The notes under the pieces were generated by a model. It was given only the letters and a program-made list of their open reading frames with translations, made no database searches and was not told the DNA's origin. From Methanomassiliicoccales archaeon (GTDB lineage: Archaea > Thermoplasmatota > Thermoplasmata > Methanomassiliicoccales > UBA472), in assembly GCA_036677555.1 (NCBI GenBank), contig JAVBWG010000006.1:70202-134201 (forward strand): 64,000 nt of DNA, written 5' to 3'. Below are positions 1-9,315 of this stretch, piece by piece; within the stretch, counting starts at the first letter, position 1; each line of letters begins with the position of its first letter. The translations under genes were made by a program, and so were the position numbers.

Positions 1-603
1 TTCCGGTGCAGGGGGGGCATCGGCTTCAACATGAGGTGGTTCGACAACCTCATTCGCTTCTCCCTCCTCCGCAACGTCCTCCGCCGGCGTTGGTGATGGC
101 ACCGGTTCGATGACAGGGGGCTCCGGCTCGGAAGCTGCCTCCTTCGCCGGCGCGCTCAGGATCTCCGCTATGGTCGCCCCTCTGGCTGTAGTAATTGATT
201 CGTCCCGTCTCTTTTCCACCGGGGGAACCGATGGAGCTTCCTTGATCCTCAGCTTTTCCGGGACGGGCGGGTGACGGTCCCTCTCCTCCTTCAGCTCCCT
301 GTCCTTAGCCGGAGGCGCGTCCAGGTCCTTCAGGACCTTCCCGATGTTCCCCGCCTCCTTGATCTCCAGGTTCCGGTTCGCCGAGGCGTCCTTCCTGATG
401 ATTGTGGACTCGATCCGCTTGGAGGTCCGCTCGTCCAGAGGCCGGCGCAGCTCCATTTTGTTAAGGGACTCAAGGTCGCTTATATGCTGCTGCCAGTCGT
501 CGGAAGAACCGAGGTTCTGCCCGCAGAAATCACACTGAGTGGCGTTAGGCCTGTTGCGCAGGCCGCATTTCGGGCATTCCCGGAAACCGGTCTTCCGTTC
601 CAT
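1..603 (-). CDS. Hypothetical protein with N-terminal zinc ribbon; 3' end runs off the window (partial)
   Basis: Own translation of the minus strand from the ATG at 601-603 gives MERKTGFRECPKCGLRNRPNATQCDFCGQNL... It stays open with no stop to position 1 (201 codons). It has a CPKC-x10-CDFC zinc ribbon followed by a Lys/Glu/Pro-rich tail. It is absent from the ORF track because it is edge-truncated; track ORF 271..684(+) is its shadow. Confidence 0.55.
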   Translation of the reverse strand, partial: MERKTGFRECPKCGLRNRPNATQCDFCGQNLGSSDDWQQHISDLESLNKMELRRPLDERTSKRIESTIIRKDASANRNLEIKEAGNIGKVLKDLDAPPAKDRELKEERDRHPPVPEKLRIKEAPSVPPVEKRRDESITTARGATIAEILSAPAKEAASEPEPPVIEPVPSPTPAEDVAEEGEANEVVEPPHVEADAPPAPE

Positions 604-703
604 TTCAGCTACCTATACCAGAATCCCCAATTATACCTTTTTTCCCCGCGACGCATAAAAAAGTCTCATTTCTCAGGTCTCTGATTCAATAGTCATTGCA
701 TTA

Positions 704-713
704 TTTTTATATA
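704..713 (+). promoter_or_regulatory. TATA-like box for the DUF373-like gene
   Basis: TTTTTATATA is centred about 29 nt upstream of ATG 738, implying a very short or absent leader. Confidence 0.4.
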
Positions 714-737
714 GAAGGTTGCTGGATTGATAAGAAG

Positions 738-1892
738 ATGAAGGTCCTCATTCTGAGCGTCGATCGCGACGACGATTTCGGCAAGAAGGCCGGCCTGAAC
801 AGCCCATTCATCGGTCGCGAGGAGAACGCCAATGCCGTGATGGCCTTGGGTTTGAAGGACGCTGAGGATTCTGATGTGAACACGGTCATGGCCGCCCTGA
901 GCATGTACGACGAGATGCTCAGAAAGGGCGAGGACGTGGAGATCGCCACCATATGCGGCGACGTAAAGGTCGGCTATGAATCGGACCTGGTCCTCACGAC
1001 CCAGCTGGAGAACGTCCTGGAACTGGTGAAGCCGGACCGGGTCATCCTGGTCAGCGATGGGGCAGAGGACGAGTTCATCTATCCCATGGTCTTCTCCCGG
1101 GTCAAGGTGGATTCCGTCCGCAGGGTCTGGGTTAAACAGGCGCCCACCGTGGAGGGCACATATTACATCATCACCAAAATGATGGCTGATGATAAGATGA
1201 GGAAGCGGATATTCACCCCCTTGGGGTTGGTCCTCTCCGTTCTCGGGCTCTTCAACATCCTGCCTCAGCTCATCAAGCTGGTGGCTCAGGAGGCGAGCAT
1301 AGAGACGGTCGCCAGCATGGGATGGGGTATGATCGCCCTCGTTCTCGGCCTATACATGATTTTTTTCGCCTATCGCGTCGCCGAACGTTTGGACCAGTCG
1401 ATAAAGAACACTGGAACGGCGATCAAGAACGGCAGCCAGATGATCCCGTTCGTCATCGTATCGGCACTGCTTTTCATCGCGGGGATCATTTTCGCCGTGG
1501 ACACGGTCGCCAGCATGACCGAGGCCAGTTACTTCATCCAATCCTTCGGGGTGATGAGCATCCTGCTCTGGATGTGGTCATTCTCCCTGTTCTCATTCCA
1601 GATGGGAAAACTTATCAATCATTATCTGACGTTCAACAAGCTGTACGTCACCAGCCTGGTGGTCAGCGTCAGCCTGTTCGCCATCGCCTTCATTCTGCAG
1701 GCGGCTTTCGACCTGATAGCCCTGGTGTTCGACTATCCCCACCCCGGTGAGCAGTACATCATATTCATGGTGATCGTCGGCTTCCTTCTGGCCGGTTTCG
1801 GTGGTCTGATCAATATGAACATGAGGAACTACACCCGCACGGCCAAGGGACGGGAGGCCGAGCCCGAGCCGCAGAACTATCCTGAGGCCTGA
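738..1892 (+). CDS. DUF373-like archaeal integral membrane protein
   Basis: Soluble N-terminal domain MKVLILSVDRDDDFGKKAGL...GLKDAEDSDVN, followed by several hydrophobic helices. This matches my recollection of the archaeal DUF373 family. I chose ATG 738 rather than the track start 696. Confidence 0.6.
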   Translation: MKVLILSVDRDDDFGKKAGLNSPFIGREENANAVMALGLKDAEDSDVNTVMAALSMYDEMLRKGEDVEIATICGDVKVGYESDLVLTTQLENVLELVKPDRVILVSDGAEDEFIYPMVFSRVKVDSVRRVWVKQAPTVEGTYYIITKMMADDKMRKRIFTPLGLVLSVLGLFNILPQLIKLVAQEASIETVASMGWGMIALVLGLYMIFFAYRVAERLDQSIKNTGTAIKNGSQMIPFVIVSALLFIAGIIFAVDTVASMTEASYFIQSFGVMSILLWMWSFSLFSFQMGKLINHYLTFNKLYVTSLVVSVSLFAIAFILQAAFDLIALVFDYPHPGEQYIIFMVIVGFLLAGFGGLINMNMRNYTRTAKGREAEPEPQNYPEA

Positions 1893-1893
1893 T

Positions 1894-2541
1894 ATGGAAT
1901 GGGCTGAATGGAGTCCGCTTTACCTCGAGATCATGGACGATCTGGGCTTCGACATACGCGCTGACATTGAATCCGCAGAGAAGCTTTCGAGGCTGGTGGT
2001 CGATAAGCGAATTCCGGATCATAGTACGATTGTCGAAAAGTTGAGTGAACGGGTGTCGATAGCAGGGGCAGCCGCATCATTGGAGGCCGATCTTGGCACA
2101 TTGTCGGCCGAAGATAGTATTGTCTCCGCCGGTTCGGCGACAGGGCGTTTGATCGAGGCAGGACTGGTCCCCGACATGATCGTGACAGATCTGGATGGCG
2201 ATGTTGAGGCGGAGATAGAGGCTATCGATAGCGGTGCGTTAGCATTCATTCACGCCCATGGGGACAACATGGCCCGGATCGAGCAGGTGGTGCCCATTCT
2301 GACCAAGCCTTTCGTTCCCACGGTCCAATGCAAACCTTTCGGGAACGTGTACAATTTCGGGGGGTTCACGGACGGAGACCGGGCGGTGATGATCGCCTTG
2401 CATTTCGGGGCGAAACGAATCCGCACCATCGGCTGGGACTTCGACAGGCCGTATCCTAAACAGGGGTGCGACCCGGGCATGAAATCGAGGAAGCTCTTCT
2501 GGGCCCGAGAGGTGCTGTCTCGTACAATCGACAATAGGTAA
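1894..2541 (+). CDS. mptE: 6-hydroxymethyl-7,8-dihydropterin pyrophosphokinase, archaeal MptE-like (DUF115)
   Basis: Motifs IVTDLDGD and FIHAHGDN, and a size (215 aa) typical of the MptE/DUF115 family. The start lies 1 nt after the upstream stop. Confidence 0.6.
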   Translation: MEWAEWSPLYLEIMDDLGFDIRADIESAEKLSRLVVDKRIPDHSTIVEKLSERVSIAGAAASLEADLGTLSAEDSIVSAGSATGRLIEAGLVPDMIVTDLDGDVEAEIEAIDSGALAFIHAHGDNMARIEQVVPILTKPFVPTVQCKPFGNVYNFGGFTDGDRAVMIALHFGAKRIRTIGWDFDRPYPKQGCDPGMKSRKLFWAREVLSRTIDNR

Positions 2542-2746
2542 AACGCGCCCTCCCTTTCGATAATGAACGATGATTTTCATCGGAAGTTGCCTTTTAACAA
2601 TTTGTACGATAGGACGCCTAAATCTTTGTCATTATGACAAAAATCTTGGATAAATGTTGGACGATTAAGACGCTTTTTCTGGTGATAATTGGGCCGTTTT
2701 TTCGTACTGCTGGATAGTAATTTCGCACCCGGATAATCGACAAAGG

Positions 2747-2754
2747 TATTTATA
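2747..2754 (+). promoter_or_regulatory. BRE/TATA promoter of the opp-like operon
   Basis: CAAAGG-TATTTATA sits in a 270-bp AT-rich spacer, about 70 nt upstream of ATG 2822. The same AAAGG+TATA architecture recurs at 44029, 49048 and 61180. Confidence 0.45.
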
Positions 2755-2821
2755 GCATCAAATTGTTTAAAGAAGTCAATCTCCCAACCATTTATGGAAT
2801 GGGAGGAAAGGAGGATTGAGA

Positions 2822-4723
2822 ATGGAAGAAAGTGCTGCCGAACCCGTGAAGTCTGGTGGTTCAAAGGCGATCGTTTTCCTACTGGTCGGGCTCTTGATCG
2901 GAGCGGCCATAGGCGCCGGAATCATGATGGCTTTAGGAGGAGGCGATGACGACGGAGATGATGATATAGAAAAGAGTTATCTATCCGAGGGTTTCAAGCT
3001 CGAGCTGTTCTTCAACTCTGGCAATGCCAACAGGGAGTTGGCCTGCCTGATCATGAAGCAGAACCTTGAACTGCTCAACCCGGGAAAGATCCAGATCAAG
3101 GTGTCTGGAGTTGAGTGGTCCCAGTATCTTGAGCTCAGGGAACAGGGAGCCATGCCTGCCATGTTCCTCGGATGGGCCCCGGACTATGCCGACCCTGACA
3201 ACTACGTTCAGCCGTTCTATCACCAGTCTGGTACCTATGCCAGCATGATAGGCTACGGCAACGACACCCTTGACGCCATGATCGAGGATGCCGCCACCGA
3301 CATCGACCCGGTTTCCAGGGCCGCCAAGTACAAGGACATATCCATGGATATGTACCAGGAGTGCGTGTTCATCTGGACCGCCCAGGCCACCAACTTCCAC
3401 GCTGAGAGGGACTGGCTGACTGGATACGAGTTCAACCCGATGCACTCTGGTCTGATCTACTACCAGTACGACAAGCCGGACACCGCCCCTGCTGGAGCGC
3501 CTGCCGGATACAGCGGTGACACCTTCACTGCGGCCACCATCTCCGGAAACCCGGAGAGCCTGGACCCCGCCATCGGCTATGAGACCGCTGGTGGAGAGAT
3601 CATGCAGAACGTGTACGAGACCCTTCTGTTCTACAACGGGTCCTCCGCTTCCGAGCTGGTCCCTGTTCTGGCCAGCGAGATCCCGACCGTTGATAACGGC
3701 GGTATCCTGGACAACGGAACCAAGTACGTGTTCAACCTCAAGACCGGTGTCAAGTTCCACGACGGCACCAACATGACCTCCGAGGATGTCAGATACAGCC
3801 TCGAGCGCGCGCTGGCCATCAACGACCCGCACGGACCCGCCTGGATGCTCGGGCAGGTGCTCATACCGGACTTCTACACCTATGAGGCCGGATACTGGAA
3901 CACCACCCAGAGCAAGTACATCCCGGGAGTTCCCCTGGATGTCATCTCTGAGCACGTCTGGGCTGTTGACGCCGACACCATACAGCTGAACCTGACCAGC
4001 CCCTACCCGGCCTTCCTGTACGCCATGTGCTACAACGTCGGCTCGGTAATATCCAAGAGCTGGGTCGGACCCAACTATGGTTTCGACTTCAACGGAACCG
4101 CGGCCAACAACAAGCTGGCCACCGACATGTGCGGAACCGGTCCCTACACCTTTGAGTCTTGGACCAGGAACGTCAACATCATTCTGAAGGCGTTCCCCGA
4201 CTACCACATGGGTGAGGCGGCCATTGAGAACGTCGTGATCCAGCAGATCGGCTCCGGAGCCACCAGGATTCTGATGCTCAAGTCCGGAGAGGTTGACTGG
4301 GCGTTCATCGACAGGGCCTCCAAGGGAGAGGTTGAGGACTATGATGGTATCAACGTCACTCAGGGCATAGGTACCTTCAACGTCGACTTCCTCGGCCTGA
4401 ACCAGAACCTGAACCTGGATGCTCTGCCGAACCCGGAGAACACCAACGTTCCGGCTGACTTCTTCGCCGACCGCAATGTCAGGCTGGCGTTCGCTCACGC
4501 CTTCAACTACGACCAGTACATCGAGGACGGTCTTCTCGGAACCGCCATACAGCCCAACGGAGCTATTCCGAAGGGAATGTTCGCCTACTCCGAGGACATA
4601 CCGGTCTATGCATACAACCTCGAGTGGTCCAAGCTGTACCTGTCTCAGGCACTGATCGATGAAGATGAGGCAGGAGCCGAAGCGAACATCCTGACGGAGA
4701 TCATCGCGAGGATCAAGTTCTAA
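2822..4723 (+). CDS. ABC transporter substrate-binding protein, family 5 (Opp/Dpp/Nik type), membrane-anchored, apparently circularly permuted
   Basis: N-terminal TM anchor IVFLLVGLLIGAAIGAGIMMAL plus an acidic linker. Family-5 motifs: GVKFHDGTNMTSEDVRYSLER, GTGPYTFESW, GWAPDYADPDNY. GGAGGA lies 8 nt upstream of ATG 2822; the track start 2816 is TTG. Confidence 0.85.
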   Translation: MEESAAEPVKSGGSKAIVFLLVGLLIGAAIGAGIMMALGGGDDDGDDDIEKSYLSEGFKLELFFNSGNANRELACLIMKQNLELLNPGKIQIKVSGVEWSQYLELREQGAMPAMFLGWAPDYADPDNYVQPFYHQSGTYASMIGYGNDTLDAMIEDAATDIDPVSRAAKYKDISMDMYQECVFIWTAQATNFHAERDWLTGYEFNPMHSGLIYYQYDKPDTAPAGAPAGYSGDTFTAATISGNPESLDPAIGYETAGGEIMQNVYETLLFYNGSSASELVPVLASEIPTVDNGGILDNGTKYVFNLKTGVKFHDGTNMTSEDVRYSLERALAINDPHGPAWMLGQVLIPDFYTYEAGYWNTTQSKYIPGVPLDVISEHVWAVDADTIQLNLTSPYPAFLYAMCYNVGSVISKSWVGPNYGFDFNGTAANNKLATDMCGTGPYTFESWTRNVNIILKAFPDYHMGEAAIENVVIQQIGSGATRILMLKSGEVDWAFIDRASKGEVEDYDGINVTQGIGTFNVDFLGLNQNLNLDALPNPENTNVPADFFADRNVRLAFAHAFNYDQYIEDGLLGTAIQPNGAIPKGMFAYSEDIPVYAYNLEWSKLYLSQALIDEDEAGAEANILTEIIARIKF

Positions 4724-4728
4724 ACCCC

Positions 4729-4750
4729 TTTCCCTTTTAATTTTTTTAAT
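4729..4750 (+). terminator. T-rich tract after the SBP gene (possible intra-operon attenuator)
   Basis: CTTTCCCTTTTAATTTTTTTAATT lies directly after the stop at 4723 and before the permease gene at 4791. Archaeal termination commonly uses oligo-T. Confidence 0.3.
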
Positions 4751-4790
4751 TACGTAACGCAACACACAACAGGACTGGAGATCGAGACCA

Positions 4791-5810
4791 ATGCGATTAT
4801 TGAACTACGTGATAAAGAGATTGTTACTGTTAATACCAGTCTTGATCGGTGTCTCTATCATCGTATTCACTCTCACCAGGATCAGCGGCAACCCAGCCGC
4901 GGGTTACATCAACGAAAAGATGACTCCAACCCAGATCCAGCAGGTCATTGAAAAGTATCATTTCGATGAGCCGATCTATACGCAATACATATATTGGCTC
5001 GAGGGCATAATCGAGCTGGATTGGGGCTGGTCAAAGACCGCCGCCGCTCCGGTCACCGATGCCATAGCCATATTCTTCCCAGGTACGTTGGAACTCACTG
5101 TGGTCAGCATGGTGCTGGCAATCTTCATCGGGATCTACCTTGGGATCGTGTCCGCTGTAAAGCGGAACAAGCCTTTCGATCATGTGACCAGGGTAGTATC
5201 CCTCATCGGGGTCTCAATACCCATCTTCTGGCTTGCTCTGATATTGCAATTCTTGTTCGCTTACGTCTACCCGATATTTCCATTCGCCGGAAGGGTGGAC
5301 AACATCTATTACATCAATAAGGCGTTACCAGACATAACCGGCCTCATACTGGTGGATTCGCTTCTGGTAGGCAATCTGAAGATGTTCTTCAACGCCTTGG
5401 AACATATTTTCCTGCCTGCCGTCACACTGTCTTTCGGCACCATCGCCATTGTCACCCGCATCATGCGCAACAGCATGCTAGAGGTTCTGAGCCTGGATTA
5501 TATCAAGACCGCCAGGGCCAAAGGGTTGAACGAGCGGAGCATCGTATGGAAGCACGCTCGAAAGAACGCGATGATCCCCACCACAACCGTCATCGGCCTC
5601 TCGTTCGGAAGCCTGCTGGGAGGGGCCGTACTGACAGAGACCATATTCGGCTGGCAAGGCCTCGGCTCCTGGTCGGCCGATTCGATCAGGTCGTTCGATT
5701 ACAACTCCGTGCTAGGATTCTGCCTGCTGGTCGCGGTCATCTACGTATTGGTGAACCTGGTCGTCGATGTCATGTATGCATATCTTGACCCGAGGGTTCG
5801 ACTGGAGTGA
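4791..5810 (+). CDS. ABC transporter permease, DppB/OppB-like
   Basis: Multi-TM protein with the binding-protein-dependent transport loop DYIKTARAKGLNERSIVWKHARKNAMIP. Confidence 0.9.
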   Translation: MRLLNYVIKRLLLLIPVLIGVSIIVFTLTRISGNPAAGYINEKMTPTQIQQVIEKYHFDEPIYTQYIYWLEGIIELDWGWSKTAAAPVTDAIAIFFPGTLELTVVSMVLAIFIGIYLGIVSAVKRNKPFDHVTRVVSLIGVSIPIFWLALILQFLFAYVYPIFPFAGRVDNIYYINKALPDITGLILVDSLLVGNLKMFFNALEHIFLPAVTLSFGTIAIVTRIMRNSMLEVLSLDYIKTARAKGLNERSIVWKHARKNAMIPTTTVIGLSFGSLLGGAVLTETIFGWQGLGSWSADSIRSFDYNSVLGFCLLVAVIYVLVNLVVDVMYAYLDPRVRLE

Positions 5811-6832
5811 TGATCATGGTTGATGATAAGAACACGAATAAAACCGCTGTCAGCACCAAACCCGCTCCGAAAAAGAGCCCGTCAAAGGGTAGGTCCAACG
5901 ATTTCGGGTTCAACACCGATCGTTTGAAAAAGGAGATCCAGCCCAGGATTAAGGAGCTCCGATCCTCTTTCTCGTTGATAAAGGGGAACGTCACGGCCAT
6001 GGCCGGCCTGATAATGGTCATATTCATTGTCCTGGTGGCACTTTTTGCGCCATTGATCTGCCCGCCCACTCCCGGCGACCCGCTGGACATTCCCAAAGAC
6101 ATCAAGCCCCCGAAACCTCCGGGAGCCGACGGGCATCCGTTGGGCACCGGTCATTGGGGCTCGGACATGCTTTACGGTCTGGTCTGGGGTGCGAGAACTT
6201 CGATAACCACATCGCTGTTCGTGGTCGTCACAGGACTGCTGATAGGTCTGGTCGTGGGGGCCGTGGCAGGATACTATGGAGGCAGGATCGACAATCTGAT
6301 GATGCGCATAACGGACATCTTCCTGTCGCTGCCAGCCCTGATCCTGGCCATGGCCATCGCTTCCATCATGGAGAGGAATCTGCAGAACATGATGCTGGCT
6401 CTGATAATAGTGTGGTGGCCTTCATATGCCAGACTGATACGGGCACAGGTCATGTCCATCAAGGAGAACACCTACGTCGAAGCGGCCCGGGCGATAGGCG
6501 TCAAGAAGAGCAGCATTCTTTTCAAGCATATCATACCCAATTCGATATCCCCGCTCATAGTCAGTTCGACCATGGACATAGGTGCAGTGGTCCTGGTCGC
6601 GGCCGGTCTGAGCTTCATCGGGTTCGGCGTAAATGCCGGATATGCTGAGTGGGGCAGAATGATATCTGACGGTCAGGAGTACTTCCTGCGGCATGTGATA
6701 TACAATGGCAAGGAATACGTGGCCTGGTGGGTGGTCGTGCTGCCCGGTATAGCCATACTCATATTCACCATGGGATTCAGCCTGCTCGGCGATGCGCTCC
6801 GGGACATACTCGATCCCCGGCTTAGGAGGTAG
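5807..6832 (+). CDS. ABC transporter permease, DppC/OppC-like
   Basis: YVEAARAIGVKKSSILFKHIIPNSISPLIV loop and an N-terminal OppC-type extension. The start (GTG 5807 / ATG 5810) overlaps the upstream stop. Confidence 0.9.
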   Translation: MMIMVDDKNTNKTAVSTKPAPKKSPSKGRSNDFGFNTDRLKKEIQPRIKELRSSFSLIKGNVTAMAGLIMVIFIVLVALFAPLICPPTPGDPLDIPKDIKPPKPPGADGHPLGTGHWGSDMLYGLVWGARTSITTSLFVVVTGLLIGLVVGAVAGYYGGRIDNLMMRITDIFLSLPALILAMAIASIMERNLQNMMLALIIVWWPSYARLIRAQVMSIKENTYVEAARAIGVKKSSILFKHIIPNSISPLIVSSTMDIGAVVLVAAGLSFIGFGVNAGYAEWGRMISDGQEYFLRHVIYNGKEYVAWWVVVLPGIAILIFTMGFSLLGDALRDILDPRLRR

Positions 6833-6836
6833 AACG

Positions 6837-8216
6837 ATGAGCGAACAAGCGATACTTGAGATAGAAGACCTGGTCATCAATTTCTACACCAAAGCGGGGA
6901 TCGTGAAGGCCATTGACGGTGTCACCCTCTCCATAAACAAGGGTGAAACGTTCGGCCTGGTAGGCGAGAGCGGATGCGGCAAGAGCGTCACGGCCAATTC
7001 CATCATGGGGCTGGTCCAATCTCCGCCTGGAAAGATCGAGAACGGGATCATACGATTCTCCACGCCCAAGGAGATTTCCGACAGGGCGAACATCAAGAAA
7101 TCGCTCTGGAGGAAGAACATTGATGTGGATATGTATCGAAAACCAACGATCGACATCCTCAAATTGAACAAGAAGGACATACGGCTCATACGAGGCAGGG
7201 CGATCTCCATGATCTTCCAGGAACCGATGAGCGCCCTCAATCCGGTGTTCACCGCCGGGGATCAGATATCTGAGATAATCCTTCTGCATGAACGCAAGGA
7301 GCTGGCCCAATCCGTATTGAAGAAACTGGAGGAGAGCCGAAAGGCCAAGGTAAAGTACAAGCGTGCCACCAGGGAGATCGGGCAAAAGGGAGAGTCCATC
7401 TGCAGCAACTGCAAGGGCATAGTCCTTGACGATCAGAAGATCTGCCCGCAATGCAACTCCAGCTTTGTCAGGAACCCGCACGGGAAAAGGTATCGTTTCA
7501 CCTATGGTTTCTATAAGCGCATTTACACCATGATGGCTGCCAATCCCGACAACCGCATACTCACATTGATGGCCAAGGTCCCCCTGCTCCGCAGATACCG
7601 AAAGCCCATGATCAGGGAGGCCAACGAGAAGGCCCTTCGCATGCTGCGGCTCGTACGCATCCCCGACCCGAAGAACGTGATGAAATCCTTCCCGCACGAA
7701 CTGAGCGGAGGGATGCAGCAGAGGGTAATGATCGCCATAGCGTTGTCATGCCGACCGCAGCTGCTCATCGCGGACGAGCCGACGACCGCCTTGGACGTCA
7801 CCATCCAAGCCCAGATCCTGAAGCTCATACAGGAACTGCAGGACGAGATGGGCACCTCCGTGCTGATGATCACCCACAACCTCGGGATCGTGGCAGAGGT
7901 CTGCGACCGGGTGGGCGTCATGTATGCGGGCTGCATGGTGGAGAGGGCGGACACGGAGAGCGTGTTCAAGGAACCTCTGCACCCCTACACCCAGGGATTG
8001 ATGAACTCCATACCCAAGGTCGATCTGGAGATCACCCGCCTGGAGACCATCGAAGGAAACGTTCCGAACCTCATCAAGCCGCCGAGCGGCTGCCGCTTCC
8101 ACACCAGGTGCCCATATGCCATGGACCACTGTAAGAAGGTGAAGCCGGAGCTGATCGACATAAGGCCGGGGCATAGCGTGGCCTGCCATCTCTACGGAGG
8201 TGTTCAGAATGGATGA
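6837..8216 (+). CDS. ABC transporter ATP-binding protein, OppD/DppD-like, with large insertion
   Basis: Walker A GESGCGKS, signature LSGGMQQR, Walker B LLIADEPTTALD. C-terminal Cys motif CRFHTRCPYAMDHC...ACH. ATG 6837 lies 4 nt after the upstream TAG, with AGGAGG upstream. Confidence 0.9.
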   Translation: MSEQAILEIEDLVINFYTKAGIVKAIDGVTLSINKGETFGLVGESGCGKSVTANSIMGLVQSPPGKIENGIIRFSTPKEISDRANIKKSLWRKNIDVDMYRKPTIDILKLNKKDIRLIRGRAISMIFQEPMSALNPVFTAGDQISEIILLHERKELAQSVLKKLEESRKAKVKYKRATREIGQKGESICSNCKGIVLDDQKICPQCNSSFVRNPHGKRYRFTYGFYKRIYTMMAANPDNRILTLMAKVPLLRRYRKPMIREANEKALRMLRLVRIPDPKNVMKSFPHELSGGMQQRVMIAIALSCRPQLLIADEPTTALDVTIQAQILKLIQELQDEMGTSVLMITHNLGIVAEVCDRVGVMYAGCMVERADTESVFKEPLHPYTQGLMNSIPKVDLEITRLETIEGNVPNLIKPPSGCRFHTRCPYAMDHCKKVKPELIDIRPGHSVACHLYGGVQNG

Positions 8217-9309
8217 TATCCTGATCGAGACCAGGGGTATGAAGAAGCACTTCCCCATCCGCGGCGGCCTCATCAAAAAGAATTTGGGAAGCGTCAAGGC
8301 CGTGGACGGCATCGACCTCGTGATACGCAAGGGAGAGACCCTTGGTCTGGTGGGGGAGAGCGGATGCGGAAAGACCACTGCCGGCCGCTGCATGCTGATG
8401 CTCACCAAGCCCACCGATGGCCATGTCTATTACAAGATGCCCGAGGATGTCCGGCTGAAGCTGATCGAGCTCGAGCGTCAGCATGAGGCACTATTGGCCG
8501 AGGCAGCAAAGCAGAAGAAGCGCACCAAGAGAAAGGTCCCCATCAGCAAGGAGCACCAGGAAATAATCAACGAGTACGCCCTGGATGCCAAGGACAAGGA
8601 GGAGCTGCGCCGCCTGCGCCGCGACATGCAGATCGTGTTCCAGGACCCCTATTCGTCCCTGAACCCGCGCATGCTCATCAAGGACATACTCAGCGAACCC
8701 CTGCTCGTACATGGTCTGGCCAACCGGGACCGGGCCATGGAGCGGGTGTCCATGATGATCGAGAAGGTTGGATTAAGCCAGGACCACCTTTACCGCTATC
8801 CTCACGAGTTCAGCGGCGGGCAGCGCCAGCGCATCGGCGTCGCCAGAGCGCTCATGCTCAACCCAGACATGATCGTGCTGGATGAACCGACCTCCGCTTT
8901 GGACGTTTCGGTTCAAGCCCAGATACTGAACCTGTTGAACGACCTGCAGGCGGACTTCAAACTGACCTACACCTTCATATCCCATGACTTGAGCACCATC
9001 CAGTACATGTGCGATCGCGTATGCGTCATGTACCTCGGCAAGGTCGTCGAGGAGGCCAGCAAGAAGGACCTCTTCAACCACCCCATGCATCCGTACACGG
9101 AAGCCCTGCTCAGCTCCATCCCGGTCCCAGACCCGGACGCCAGGAAGCAGCGTGTGCTGCTCTCCGGGGACGTTCCGTCACCGGCCAATCCTCCCAAGGG
9201 ATGCCGGTTCCACACCCGCTGCCGCTATCGCGAGGCGATCTGTGAAGAGGTCGAGCCCCGGTTGGAGGACAAGGGCCACGGGCATATGGTGGCCTGCCAC
9301 TTCCGCTGA
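8209..9309 (+). CDS. ABC transporter ATP-binding protein, OppF/DppF-like
   Basis: GESGCGKT, FSGGQRQR, IVLDEPTSALD, and C-terminal CRFHTRCRYREAIC...ACH. ATG 8209 overlaps the upstream stop (ATGGATGA). Confidence 0.9.
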   Translation: MDDILIETRGMKKHFPIRGGLIKKNLGSVKAVDGIDLVIRKGETLGLVGESGCGKTTAGRCMLMLTKPTDGHVYYKMPEDVRLKLIELERQHEALLAEAAKQKKRTKRKVPISKEHQEIINEYALDAKDKEELRRLRRDMQIVFQDPYSSLNPRMLIKDILSEPLLVHGLANRDRAMERVSMMIEKVGLSQDHLYRYPHEFSGGQRQRIGVARALMLNPDMIVLDEPTSALDVSVQAQILNLLNDLQADFKLTYTFISHDLSTIQYMCDRVCVMYLGKVVEEASKKDLFNHPMHPYTEALLSSIPVPDPDARKQRVLLSGDVPSPANPPKGCRFHTRCRYREAICEEVEPRLEDKGHGHMVACHFR

Positions 9310-9315
9310 GGTCAC

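Noticed and set aside
271-684. 137-aa plus-strand ORF at the window start
   Set aside because: It lies antisense to a longer edge-truncated minus-strand ORF with a clear zinc ribbon and better coding character. Its own sequence is Pro/Leu/Arg/Val-rich shadow-type.
2577-2864. 95-aa minus-strand ORF in the AT-rich spacer
   Set aside because: It lies in the promoter region of the opp-like operon, overlaps the TATA box and RBS, and has no coding bias or motifs.
2981-4765. 594-aa minus-strand ORF
   Set aside because: Entirely antisense to the SBP gene, which has unmistakable family-5 motifs. This is a typical long shadow ORF in GC-rich DNA (Gly/Val/Leu/Arg-rich, no motifs).
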